A stretch of DNA of 64,000 bases from Candidatus Nanoarchaeia archaeon (GCA_028711165.1 JAQTST010000001.1:78708-142707), one strand, 5' to 3'; numbered from the stretch's first letter, positions 43,055 to 52,389 are shown. Notes: generated by a model from the sequence alone, not told the origin. Program-made: numbers and translations.

Positions 43055-43768
43055 TTATTTTTTCTTAGAAACTCTTTTCGGCGATTCTGATTTCTCTTCG
43101 GAATATTCTGTAATTTTTTCAACCTGCCTGTGTGATTCTCTTGGAGAAACCATCTTTGAAAAAGAATCGCTCATCATTGACATTTCTTTTTTTATGCTTT
43201 CAAGATTAGTTCCGTAAGAGCCGACTTTTTCTAGAATTGCAATCTGCAATTTATCCATGGTCATTTCTATTTTTTTCAGACGCTCAGAAATATTTTCAAA
43301 TTTTGACTGGAGAACTATTGCTGCTTCTGAAGTTGCGTCGAGAACTTTTTGGAATTTTTTTATCTTGTCTGAAAAAACCTGGTCTGAAATTTCCATGACT
43401 GTGTCGGTATCAATTGCTGACGACGGGGAAGGAGCTGCGTATTGTTCATATCCTCCTGGCTGATAATATTGCGGTTCCTGCGGTGCATATTCTGGCTGGG
43501 CATATTGCTGCTGCTGTTCCTGCGGAGCGTATTCCTGCTGATACATCTGTCCATTTTGCGGAAGCGGAACTGCCATGTCCTCTCCCTGCATTACTGATTG
43601 TTCCATTCCTTCGTATCCATAATCAGAAACTGCATTCTTGATTTCTGCCTGTTTTAATGCATCATTAATCTCTTTAGGAGAAACTCCCTGCCTTGAGAGT
43701 GCATTAACAATATCAGAATCAGCATATCCCTGCTTTTTCATTCCAACCACATCATCAAGCACACCCAT
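43055..43768 (-). CDS. Protein with small helical N-domain, Q/Y/P-rich low-complexity centre and C-terminal coiled coil (hypothetical)
   Basis: ..YQQEYAPQEQQQQYAQPEYAPQEPQYYQPGGYEQYAAP.. is flanked by structured termini. Confidence 0.45.
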   Translation of the reverse strand: MGVLDDVVGMKKQGYADSDIVNALSRQGVSPKEINDALKQAEIKNAVSDYGYEGMEQSVMQGEDMAVPLPQNGQMYQQEYAPQEQQQQYAQPEYAPQEPQYYQPGGYEQYAAPSPSSAIDTDTVMEISDQVFSDKIKKFQKVLDATSEAAIVLQSKFENISERLKKIEMTMDKLQIAILEKVGSYGTNLESIKKEMSMMSDSFSKMVSPRESHRQVEKITEYSEEKSESPKRVSKKK

Positions 43769-43810
43769 TTTATTATTATTTTTATTATTATTTTAAATTT
43801 TATTTATTTA

Positions 43811-44158
43811 TTAACTTTTTAATTTTTTTAAATCTTCTTTTCTTACAAAATCCATCGGCTGAAACATTTTTGCCTGTTTTGTAAGAATTTCCAAATCTTC
43901 TTTTTTCGCGAATTTTGAAAATTCGCCCGAGACTGTTTCCATAAAAGATGACAGCCTTTCAAGTGCCTGCTTCATTGTCTCAACATCTCTTTTTAATTCC
44001 AGCATTTTTTTCACTGAATCTTCTTTCATCTCAATAAGATTTTGTCCAATAAGCAAAAGCCTGTCTCTGAGAATTTTTTGTTTTTCTTCCAAATCACGAA
44101 CTTTTGCGTTGATATCACCAAGAAATTGTCCTGTATAATCTGTCTGCTGTTCAGCCAT
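43811..44158 (-). CDS. Coiled-coil protein (hypothetical)
   Basis: 115 aa with heptad-like sequence. A strong SD GGAGGTG lies 7 nt upstream of the ATG. Confidence 0.5.
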   Translation of the reverse strand: MAEQQTDYTGQFLGDINAKVRDLEEKQKILRDRLLLIGQNLIEMKEDSVKKMLELKRDVETMKQALERLSSFMETVSGEFSKFAKKEDLEILTKQAKMFQPMDFVRKEDLKKLKS

Positions 44159-44273
44159 GCGACAACACCTCCGGTTTCGTTAACTCACTATCTCGCTCAT
44201 TTATCACTGACCTTACCTTCGCGAAATCGCTCGGCTTGACCTTCCCACTAAATTTGTGCTCAAGGCTGATTGG
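44159..44273 (+). repeat. G+C-rich promoter-proximal element, copy C (with ~55-nt internal insertion)
   Basis: GCGACAACACCTCCGGTTTCGTTAA..[insert]..CCTTCCCACTAAATTTGTGCTCAAGGCTGATTGG aligns with copies A and B at both ends. Confidence 0.5.
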
Positions 44274-44390
44274 CATACTAAAATAAAACCTCTCTGGTTT
44301 AAAATTGTTTGTTTTTAATTTCTCTTTTGAAATACAATTGCAAAATATATTTTGCATAATATATAAAAACTCTTTCTTATTATTTTATCG

Positions 44391-45776
44391 ATGGAGAAAA
44401 GAGGCAAAAAAAAGGTTTTTTCTTTCTATAATTTTTTTAAAAAAAATTTTAATCTTGGCAAAAAATCTCATCATTTTTCTTCGGAGAAAGGATTGTCGAC
44501 GATAATAATGACAATGATTTTGATTCTTGTTTCATTAGCAGCTATCGGAATTCTCTGGGTTGTTATAAATAATCTGCTCAAAGGAAGTTCGGAAAACGTC
44601 GGGCTGGAAAGATTAACTCTCAGTGCAGAAATTAAAGAAGTTAGCATTGATAATTCTTCGAATAATGTAAGCTTGCTGATAAGAAGAAATGTCGGGGGAG
44701 GAAATTTGGTTGGAATGAAATTTTTCTTTTACAATGATACAAGCACAGAAGTTATTACCCAATATATCGCACTTGAACAGCTTAAAGAAGAAAATTTTCT
44801 TTTTCATCTGATGATGAATGTTTCTAACCTGAACAAAATTTCAATCGTGCCGGTTTTTAGTTCTGTCAGCGGAAAAGAAAATGTTGGAACTGTTGCTGAC
44901 ACTTTTGACATAAATACAGGGACGAGGATTTTAGTTCCACCGACGGGATGTACGCCTATGAATTGTTCTTTATCAGGATACAATTGCGGAACTCATGCCA
45001 ACGGAACCTGCGCCGGAACTTTAAACTGCGGAAATTGTTCGGACGGATATAATTGTATCGACGGAGTTTGCCACCCAACAAGCAGTTTATGTTCTGATTT
45101 AAAATTATTATATCATCTTGACAGAAATACAACTGCTGGAGAAAATGATTCTTATGTTCGTGACTGGAGCGGCGAAGGAAATAATGCAATCACCAACGCG
45201 ATTTTTAATTCAACCGGAAAAATAGACGGCGCTTATGAACTCCGAAGCAGTCAAGACATTCGTTCAAGTCCAAATAAAATTTATCCGTTAAATCAATTCG
45301 CAGTTTCGCTCTGGATAAAATGCACTTACCCCCAACCAGCGTATCCAAAATTATTTATGGCTTATAGAGACTTAACTTCTTACAGCGGGGTTTATATTTA
45401 TCTTTATCCCTCGAACGGAACTATCAGCTATATTTATACTTCATTTCTGAACTCAACAGGAACTATTCCGACTGGATTAATGAATCAGGTTAGAACTTTA
45501 ACTCCTTTCTGCAATGATTCATCTCCATGGCGCAATGTAATTTATCAGTATGACGGAGCTCAGGCACAACTTTATGTAGATTCTGTTTTAATTGATTATT
45601 ACAATATTATTTCTGATGTGACGAATGTAACTTCCTTCAGAATGGGTAATAATTTTTTTGCTTCAAGTTTTAACGGAACAATTGATGAAGTTGCATTCTG
45701 GAACAGGTCTCTTAATTCCAGCGATATAACTGCATTAAATAATTTAGGAAGTTCTGGGCAGGAATTATTATGTTAA
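44391..45776 (+). CDS. Pilin-like protein with C-terminal LamG/ConA-like lectin domain (candidate adhesin)
   Basis: Class III signal-like ..SSEKG|LSTIIMTMILILVSLAAIG... C-terminus ..FNGTIDEVAFWNRSLNSSDITALNN.. is typical of Laminin-G_3 domains. A Cys-rich linker separates them. Confidence 0.6.
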   Translation: MEKRGKKKVFSFYNFFKKNFNLGKKSHHFSSEKGLSTIIMTMILILVSLAAIGILWVVINNLLKGSSENVGLERLTLSAEIKEVSIDNSSNNVSLLIRRNVGGGNLVGMKFFFYNDTSTEVITQYIALEQLKEENFLFHLMMNVSNLNKISIVPVFSSVSGKENVGTVADTFDINTGTRILVPPTGCTPMNCSLSGYNCGTHANGTCAGTLNCGNCSDGYNCIDGVCHPTSSLCSDLKLLYHLDRNTTAGENDSYVRDWSGEGNNAITNAIFNSTGKIDGAYELRSSQDIRSSPNKIYPLNQFAVSLWIKCTYPQPAYPKLFMAYRDLTSYSGVYIYLYPSNGTISYIYTSFLNSTGTIPTGLMNQVRTLTPFCNDSSPWRNVIYQYDGAQAQLYVDSVLIDYYNIISDVTNVTSFRMGNNFFASSFNGTIDEVAFWNRSLNSSDITALNNLGSSGQELLC

Positions 45777-45810
45777 ATAAATTTATAAATTTCATTTTAC
45801 TTAGTTAATC

Positions 45811-46287
45811 ATGGCAAAAGAGTATGGGAGAGAAGCAATAAGAGATGAAGCGTGGAATTTGGAAAGCCGAGCTTCTAATTTGGCAAAGAAACTTGGTAAG
45901 GATTATTTTAAAGGTTCAACAAATATCGCGAGAGAAGTGTCTGATTTATACAAAGAAGCAGCAAAACTTTATGATAAAATAGGAGATTCGAAAAAGATGA
46001 GAGAATTATCTAAATTATCTAAATCTTATGAAGAGAATATTATTAAAGGTTATAATCAAATGTTTTCAGGTTTTCACGGAAAAAAATCCCGCTTCAAAAA
46101 TGTCGAATGGAACACTTTTGCATTTCTGTCGATAACTTCTCTCGCGTTTGCATTAATTTTTATTTCACTTAATCTGACAGGAAATGCAATTGGCGGGATA
46201 ACTTTGAATGACTCAAGATGGATAAGCATTTGTTTTTTCCTCTGCGGTTTGCTTTTTGCATTTTTTTATTTGAGAAATAAGAAGTAA
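45811..46287 (+). CDS. Helical (TPR-like) N-domain + 2-TM C-terminal anchor protein, paralog 1
   Basis: Its C-terminal 50 aa are nearly identical to those of 48648..49136. Confidence 0.5.
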   Translation: MAKEYGREAIRDEAWNLESRASNLAKKLGKDYFKGSTNIAREVSDLYKEAAKLYDKIGDSKKMRELSKLSKSYEENIIKGYNQMFSGFHGKKSRFKNVEWNTFAFLSITSLAFALIFISLNLTGNAIGGITLNDSRWISICFFLCGLLFAFFYLRNKK

Positions 46288-46329
46288 AATTATACAAAAT
46301 AATTTAAACTTTGCAAATTTCTTTTCTTA

Positions 46330-48612
46330 ATGCCACCAAAAGAGGAAAAATTATATTCTTACTCGATACGACGGGAAGGGGGAGAAGATGTTCTTTACAT
46401 TAATTATCTCGGAGCGCCGTTTGTTCCGAGCCTTGCTGATTATTCTGAAGTTATGTCGAGGACAATTGACGCCCTTATTGAGAATCCGAGTGCTGCGCGA
46501 ATTGTTTTTACACAGCAGAAAAATTATAATTATGACTTGCAGGAAACAATGATTCTTCTTGAAATTGCACATCTTTACATTTACTTTCTCAGGCAGGAAA
46601 AAATTTTATCGCAGGAAAAATTAGCCACTAATAACACGCAATTTTTCAGCCAGAGATACAACGAGCTTTTTTCTTTTTTGTTCCTGCTAAAACAGGACCC
46701 TGTCTCTGCATATTTTGAAATCAAGAAGATAATAATCCAGGCAAAAATTCTGCTTGAAAAACTTGAGCCTAATCAAAAGAATGAGCAGGAATCTTATATT
46801 TATTTTCTTGAGAAAATTTTAGTTCTCGTCGAGAATACTGCAATGATACAGAAACTTATTCCTTATTTCGACGGGTACAAAAAAGGAGACAGAGAAATTT
46901 ATAATAAAATTTTAAAGCCAGATGTAATTCCAAATTTCACTTTCACGAGGCTGATTTATGATTTGCCACAGGACGCTGAAATTATTGACCAGTACACCAT
47001 CGGCGAGGATTATGATACTTCTGTTGTGACGATACTGAAAAAGAAAGATGAATCAAAACTTATTTACCATCTTAATCCTCCTGAAAATTCCCTCGATGAA
47101 GATTACAACATGCTTCTTAATCTTGCGAGAGGAGTTTTAATTGAGCACCAGCCAAAAGCCGAAGAATTTACCGACGTCGAGAGAATAAGAAATGTTTTTT
47201 TTAATATTGCAAAAGATTTGCTTCAGGATTTGTCGCAGACTCAGAATATAAAAATTAATTATTCTGAACTGAACAAACTTGCGACGATACTTGTTAGGCA
47301 GACAATCGGCTTCGGGCTTGTTGAGGTTTTACTGCAGGACCAGAAACTTCAGGACATCATGCTTAATGCTCCGATTCCGATGACGAATATTTATGTAAGA
47401 CATCAGGATTACGACGAATGCAAATCAAATATTCTTCCGAGCCAGGCAGACATTGACTCGTGGGCAGCAAAATTCAGAATGATTTCAGGACGTCCGCTGG
47501 ATGAAGCAAATCCAATTCTTGACACGCAACTTGAAGTCGGGAAACTCAGAGCGAGAATTGCAATCATCCAAAACCCGCTTTCTCCTGACGGACTTTCTTA
47601 TGCAATACGAAAACACAGAGAAGAACCCTGGACACTTCCTCTTTATGTAAACAACGGGATGCTTAATTCTTTCACTGCAGGACTTCTGAGTTTTTTAATC
47701 GACGGTGCGAGGACACTTTTAGTTGCCGGGACGAGGAGTTCAGGAAAAACTTCTCTGCTTGGAAGCCTGATGCTCGAGATTATTCCGAAGAACAGAATTA
47801 TTGTAATTGAAGACTCGCTTGAACTTCCTGTTGAATCACTGAGAAAATTAGAGTACGATATTCTGAGAATGAAAGTTCGTTCTGCGCTGCTGAAAACGAC
47901 GACAGAAGTTTCTGCCGACGACGGAATAAGGACGAGTTTGAGACTGGGAGATTCATGTCTGATAATCGGTGAAGTAAGAAGCGTCGAGGCAAAAGCACTT
48001 TACGAGGCGATGCGAGTCGGTGCGCTGGCAAATGTTGTTGCAGGAACAATTCACGGAGCTTCACCTTACGGAGTTTTTGACAGAGTTGTAAATGACTTGG
48101 AAGTTCCAGCGACGAGCTTCAAGGCAACTGACTTGATTGTTGTCTGCAATCCGATAAAAACTGCTGATGGTTTGCATTCGAAAAAAAGAGTTGTGCAGAT
48201 TTCTGAAGTCAGGAAACACTGGAAAGAAGACCCTGAACTTGAAAAAGGATTTGTTGATTTGCTGAATTATAATATTGAAAAAGATGAACTTGAACCGAGC
48301 TCGGATTTAATCAACGGCGACAGCGAGATTATCAAAGGTGTTGCATCTAATGTCAAGGGCTGGGCAGGAAACTGGGATGCGATTTATGATAACATTTTAC
48401 TGAGAGCAAAAATAAAACAGGAGATTGTAAATGTTGCAAAAAAAACAGGATACAGCAAAATCCTCGAGGCTGGATTCAGTGTATTGTCTAATCATATATT
48501 CCACGAGATTTCTGATAATGTAAGACAGGAAGTCGGTTTGCCAATTGGAGAAAGAGTTTTCCCAGAGTGGCAAAAGTGGTTAAACAATGAGATTAAAATA
48601 AAAAAGTTTTAG
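46330..48612 (+). CDS. Type IV pilus/archaellum-type secretion ATPase (FlaI/PilB/GspE-VirB11 superfamily) with long N-terminal extension
   Basis: Walker A GTRSSGKTS, ..IVIEDSLEL.., ..IIGEVRSVEA.. boxes. Confidence 0.85.
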   Translation: MPPKEEKLYSYSIRREGGEDVLYINYLGAPFVPSLADYSEVMSRTIDALIENPSAARIVFTQQKNYNYDLQETMILLEIAHLYIYFLRQEKILSQEKLATNNTQFFSQRYNELFSFLFLLKQDPVSAYFEIKKIIIQAKILLEKLEPNQKNEQESYIYFLEKILVLVENTAMIQKLIPYFDGYKKGDREIYNKILKPDVIPNFTFTRLIYDLPQDAEIIDQYTIGEDYDTSVVTILKKKDESKLIYHLNPPENSLDEDYNMLLNLARGVLIEHQPKAEEFTDVERIRNVFFNIAKDLLQDLSQTQNIKINYSELNKLATILVRQTIGFGLVEVLLQDQKLQDIMLNAPIPMTNIYVRHQDYDECKSNILPSQADIDSWAAKFRMISGRPLDEANPILDTQLEVGKLRARIAIIQNPLSPDGLSYAIRKHREEPWTLPLYVNNGMLNSFTAGLLSFLIDGARTLLVAGTRSSGKTSLLGSLMLEIIPKNRIIVIEDSLELPVESLRKLEYDILRMKVRSALLKTTTEVSADDGIRTSLRLGDSCLIIGEVRSVEAKALYEAMRVGALANVVAGTIHGASPYGVFDRVVNDLEVPATSFKATDLIVVCNPIKTADGLHSKKRVVQISEVRKHWKEDPELEKGFVDLLNYNIEKDELEPSSDLINGDSEIIKGVASNVKGWAGNWDAIYDNILLRAKIKQEIVNVAKKTGYSKILEAGFSVLSNHIFHEISDNVRQEVGLPIGERVFPEWQKWLNNEIKIKKF

Positions 48613-48647
48613 ATAAATTATTTAAACTTCTTTTTGTTTAATTAGAA

Positions 48648-49136
48648 ATGACTGAAGACTCTAAAAAAACTGCAGATATTTATGAAAAATATGCCCAACT
48701 ATTCCTCAAAGAAAAAAATTATCCTAAAGCAACAAACGCTTATGAAAATGCGGGGGATTATTGGGAGAAAAAAGGAGAAATTCGAAATGCAATAAAAGAT
48801 TATGAAGATGCTTTGAGATATGTTTCCAATAAAGAAGACCAAACTAGAATTAAAAACAAAATGGAAAAATTGCATTTTGAGCGGGTAAAAATTTTGGGGC
48901 GTCTTGAACAAATGAAACAGGATATTGTAACCAAGAAGCCGAGAAAAGGACTTCGAGATAAACTTTATTCATCTCTATCAATAGCTTCTCTTGCGTTTGC
49001 ATTAATTTTTATCTCACTTAATCTGACAGGGAATGCAGTTGGTGGGATAACTTTGAATGATTCAAGATGGATAAGCATTTGTTTTTTCCTCTGCGGATTA
49101 TCTTTTGCATTTCTTTACCTCAAGAATAAGAACTAA
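48648..49136 (+). CDS. Helical (TPR-like) N-domain + 2-TM C-terminal anchor protein, paralog 2
   Basis: ..SLAFALIFISLNLTGNAVGGITLNDSRWISICFFLCGLSFAFLYLKNKN. The DNA at 48988..49096 is ~90% identical by eye to 46141..46247. Confidence 0.5.
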   Translation: MTEDSKKTADIYEKYAQLFLKEKNYPKATNAYENAGDYWEKKGEIRNAIKDYEDALRYVSNKEDQTRIKNKMEKLHFERVKILGRLEQMKQDIVTKKPRKGLRDKLYSSLSIASLAFALIFISLNLTGNAVGGITLNDSRWISICFFLCGLSFAFLYLKNKN

Positions 49137-49190
49137 ATTGCTTTGAGAAGATTTTTATAATTGTATTTTGTAATTATAACAGAGGTGATT

Positions 49191-51359
49191 ATGCCAAACG
49201 AAAAACCAAACATCGACGAGATTCTTAAGAAACATGCTGCGAGAATTGAGCAGAGCATAAAGACTGCTTCTGGTATTGAGAAAATAAATTACAGCCAGAG
49301 TTACTCGACGTTCAAAGAGGAAATGGCTCCTGAACTTACGAGATATGAGAAATGGTGCAAAAGTCTTGGGAATATTGTCAAGTTAAAAATTGCGCAAAAG
49401 GACCAGGCGAAAATACAGCGCTCTCTTGAAATCGCGCATCTTGATTTGGAACCATGGCAGCCAATAACTCTCTCGATAGTTTCTTTTTTCAGCGTTTTTA
49501 TCGTCGGACTTTTAGTTTCTGTTGCAATCTCGCTTTTCAGCGGGGGGCTTGAAAATTTCCCTATCTTCTTTTTTATTCTTGTAATGTTTGCGGGATTATT
49601 TCTTTTTTATTTCATCAACGGATATCCTGCGAGGCTGGCGAACAAATGGAGACTGAAAGCATCGTCGCAAATGGTTCCTGCAATTTTGTACATTGTTGTT
49701 TACATGAGGCATACTCCAAATCTTGAAAGGGCAATTTCTTTTGCGTCACAGCATCTTCAATATCCCCTCGCACTTGACTTGAAAAAAGTTTTTTACAATG
49801 TTGAACTTGGGAAATTCTCGACGATAAAGGAGAGTCTTGATAATTATCTTGACACCTGGAGAGATTATTCGACTGAATTTATTGAGTCTTTTCACCTTAT
49901 TGAAAGCAGTCTGTTTGAGCCTGATGACGGGAAAAGAATTGTAACTCTTGAGAAAGCTTTGCAGGTTGTTCTCGACGGTGTTTATGACAAAATGCTGAGA
50001 TTCACGCACGAAGTCAGAAGTCCATTGACAAATGTTTACATGCTTGGTGTTGTACTTCCTACTCTTGGACTTGCACTTCTTCCTCTTGCTTCTGCAATGG
50101 TTGGAGATTTTCTGAAATGGTATCACGTACTGATTTTATTTGATTTGATAATTCCATTTTTTGTTTTCTATTTAACAGACAAAGTTTTGTTCCTTCGCCC
50201 TGGCGGATATGGGGAAACAGAACTCATCGAGAGAAATCCTCTTTATCCTGTTTACAAGGACAAGAAACATTATGCCAAAGCCTTTTTGATTTGCATTCCT
50301 TTTCTTATCATCGGACTTCTGCCTTTATTTTTTCAGTCGCCTCTGGCTCCTGCATTAGGATTGAAAAATGATTATACTTTTTCAGAATTAGGATTAACCT
50401 TTTTTGGAGATGAGCCGTTTTTTGGATTCAGAGATGTTAACGGAAAACTTACAGGGCCATTCGGCGTCGGTGCTCTGATATTAAGTGTATTTTTTATTCT
50501 CGGTGTTGCACTGTTTTTTTCAATTGCTTTCAAAGACAGGACAAAAGAATTAATCAAGGAAAGACAAAAAACCAAACAGCTTGAAGCAGAATTTAATAAT
50601 TCATTATTCCAGCTTGGAAACAGAATTGGGAACGGGGTTCCTCCTGAACTCGCATTCAGTAAAGTTGCAGAATCTACCAAAGGACTGAAGACAGAGGATT
50701 TTTTCAAAAGAGTCAATTATAATGTTCTGCAGATGGGAATGTCTGTTGAGGGTGCTATCTTCGACGAGAAAAGAGGAGCAATTGCTTATTATCCGTCGGA
50801 GTTGATTGCTACCAGCATGAGGATACTTGTTGAATCTGCGAAGAAAGGATTGAATATTGCAGCACTTAGTTTAATCAGCATTTCAGAATATGTCAAGAAC
50901 ATAAACAAAATTACAGACAGGCTGAGAGATATGCTTGCTGAAATTATTTCTGACATGAAAAGCAACATGACTTTCCTTGCTCCGCTGCTGTCAGGAGTTG
51001 TAATCGGACTTGCAGCGATGATAACAGGAATATTAAGCAAATTAAATCTTGCACAGGCTGGCGGTGCAGAAACAATTGCCGGCGTCGGAAACCTGAATGC
51101 AATCCTGAATATTTTTGACATGACAAAAATGATTCCTCCTTATCTGCTTCAGATAATAATTGGATTTTACATCATTGAAATAATTTTTATCCTGACAAAT
51201 GCTCTCGTGATAATTGATTCGGGAGAGGACAAACTTGAGACGACAAACAAGACAGGAATTAATTTGAGAGCAGGAATCGGGCTTTATGCAGTAACTGCTT
51301 TGCTTGCTGTGATTGCATTGTTCCTGCTGACATCGATTGTGCTCGGCGGACTTGCTTGA
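49191..51359 (+). CDS. Polytopic pilus-assembly membrane protein (PilC/FlaJ/TadC, T2SS-F-like)
   Basis: First ATG after SD AGAGGTGA. Two cytoplasmic helical segments are each followed by a TM cluster. It lies immediately downstream of the ATPase. Confidence 0.6.
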   Translation: MPNEKPNIDEILKKHAARIEQSIKTASGIEKINYSQSYSTFKEEMAPELTRYEKWCKSLGNIVKLKIAQKDQAKIQRSLEIAHLDLEPWQPITLSIVSFFSVFIVGLLVSVAISLFSGGLENFPIFFFILVMFAGLFLFYFINGYPARLANKWRLKASSQMVPAILYIVVYMRHTPNLERAISFASQHLQYPLALDLKKVFYNVELGKFSTIKESLDNYLDTWRDYSTEFIESFHLIESSLFEPDDGKRIVTLEKALQVVLDGVYDKMLRFTHEVRSPLTNVYMLGVVLPTLGLALLPLASAMVGDFLKWYHVLILFDLIIPFFVFYLTDKVLFLRPGGYGETELIERNPLYPVYKDKKHYAKAFLICIPFLIIGLLPLFFQSPLAPALGLKNDYTFSELGLTFFGDEPFFGFRDVNGKLTGPFGVGALILSVFFILGVALFFSIAFKDRTKELIKERQKTKQLEAEFNNSLFQLGNRIGNGVPPELAFSKVAESTKGLKTEDFFKRVNYNVLQMGMSVEGAIFDEKRGAIAYYPSELIATSMRILVESAKKGLNIAALSLISISEYVKNINKITDRLRDMLAEIISDMKSNMTFLAPLLSGVVIGLAAMITGILSKLNLAQAGGAETIAGVGNLNAILNIFDMTKMIPPYLLQIIIGFYIIEIIFILTNALVIIDSGEDKLETTNKTGINLRAGIGLYAVTALLAVIALFLLTSIVLGGLA

Positions 51360-51402
51360 ACTGATTAATAACATTTATTAATTCTTTAACCATTTTTTTA
51401 TT

Positions 51403-51552
51403 ATGAAAAAAAAGGGGATTATCTCGGAATATCTTCCGTGGCTTTTGATTGGAATAATAATTCTCGCGATAGTCATGATAAGCATTTTCCTGTTGAAGGG
51501 GAAAGGTTTTGAATTCATTGACAGAATAAAAGAAATTTTTGGAGGAAGATAA
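51403..51552 (+). CDS. Small pilin-like protein (49 aa, below the track cutoff)
   Basis: MKKKG|IISEYLPWLLIGIIILAIVMISIFLL.. has a class III signal-like N-terminus. Confidence 0.45.
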   Translation: MKKKGIISEYLPWLLIGIIILAIVMISIFLLKGKGFEFIDRIKEIFGGR

Positions 51553-51721
51553 AATCGCAGAATTAACCGTCGAACAACTGATAAAAATAATTCTCGGAAT
51601 TCTCGTAGTTGTGGCTGTCTCAGTCGGACTTTATTTTTTCTTCAAGGATAAAATTATAGAATTTTTTCAGGGATTGTCTCCTCCTGAAATTTTTCGGGTT
51701 TTAATAAATGATAAAAGATAA
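51539..51721 (+). CDS. Small TM protein (needs a TTG start; uncertain)
   Basis: Track ORF with a hydrophobic helix ..LIKIILGILVVVAVSVGLYFFF... Confidence 0.3.
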   Translation: MEEDKIAELTVEQLIKIILGILVVVAVSVGLYFFFKDKIIEFFQGLSPPEIFRVLINDKR

Positions 51722-52199
51722 ACGCGGATTTTTACTTGGGGAAGAAACTCTGAAGATGGTAATTGCGGTAATCTGCATTGTTTTTTTGGTTTATCTTCTG
51801 GTTGCGGTTTATCTTAATGTTACAGGACAGCAGAAGCTGAAAGAAGCGCAGGCAATTGTAAACGGCGAGCACGGAATTATTGCTGAAATAAACAGGCTTA
51901 ATCTCGGGGGAAATTATAGTGCAGACGGATTAGTCGTGCCAAATCCTGCTGACTGGTATGTTTTTAGTTTTGTCGGCGACGATAAAAAACCAAATTCATG
52001 CATCCAGCAAAACTGCATCTGCATCTGCGAAAATGCTTTTCCTGATTTGTTTGACTGGCAGATAAAAAGATGCGATGAAAAAGGAGTCTGCTCCAACGTC
52101 GGAAATCTGCAAAAATTTGAAAAGATGAAAATAGAAAAGGCAGGAATTATAATTTCAATCAACAAAGTAAATGAACAGATAATAATCGAAAAAAAATGA
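51708..52199 (+). CDS. Pilin-like protein
   Basis: MIKDKRG|FLLGEETLKMVIAVICIVFLVYLLV.. plus a Cys-containing globular part. Confidence 0.55.
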   Translation: MIKDKRGFLLGEETLKMVIAVICIVFLVYLLVAVYLNVTGQQKLKEAQAIVNGEHGIIAEINRLNLGGNYSADGLVVPNPADWYVFSFVGDDKKPNSCIQQNCICICENAFPDLFDWQIKRCDEKGVCSNVGNLQKFEKMKIEKAGIIISINKVNEQIIIEKK

Positions 52200-52290
52200 C
52201 TGAACAGGAAATTCACTTCAGACAGGAAGTCAGCCGTTCCGCACAGAAATGCGGACAGCACAAATACAAAATAGGAGATTTTGCATAATG
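52196..52290 (+). promoter_or_regulatory. Mini-ORF/hairpin coupling cassette, copy 4 (30 codons, variant)
   Basis: Its ATG overlaps the upstream TGA. It reads ..CAGCACAAATACAAAAT-AGGAG-ATTTTGCATAATG and has an extra hairpin TCCGCA-cagaaa-TGCGGA. Confidence 0.6.
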
Positions 52291-52389
52291 AGTCTCGACG
52301 ATATGATAAAATATATAATTTGGATTGCATTTTTTATCTTAGCTCTTGCCGGATTATATTTTGTGCTTAAGCAGATAGGAGTACTATGA
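52288..52389 (+). CDS. 33-aa single-TM peptide (below the track cutoff)
   Basis: MSLDDMIKYIIWIAFFILALAGLYFVLKQIGVL*. It starts at the cassette TAATG, and its stop overlaps the next ATG. Confidence 0.4.
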   Translation: MSLDDMIKYIIWIAFFILALAGLYFVLKQIGVL

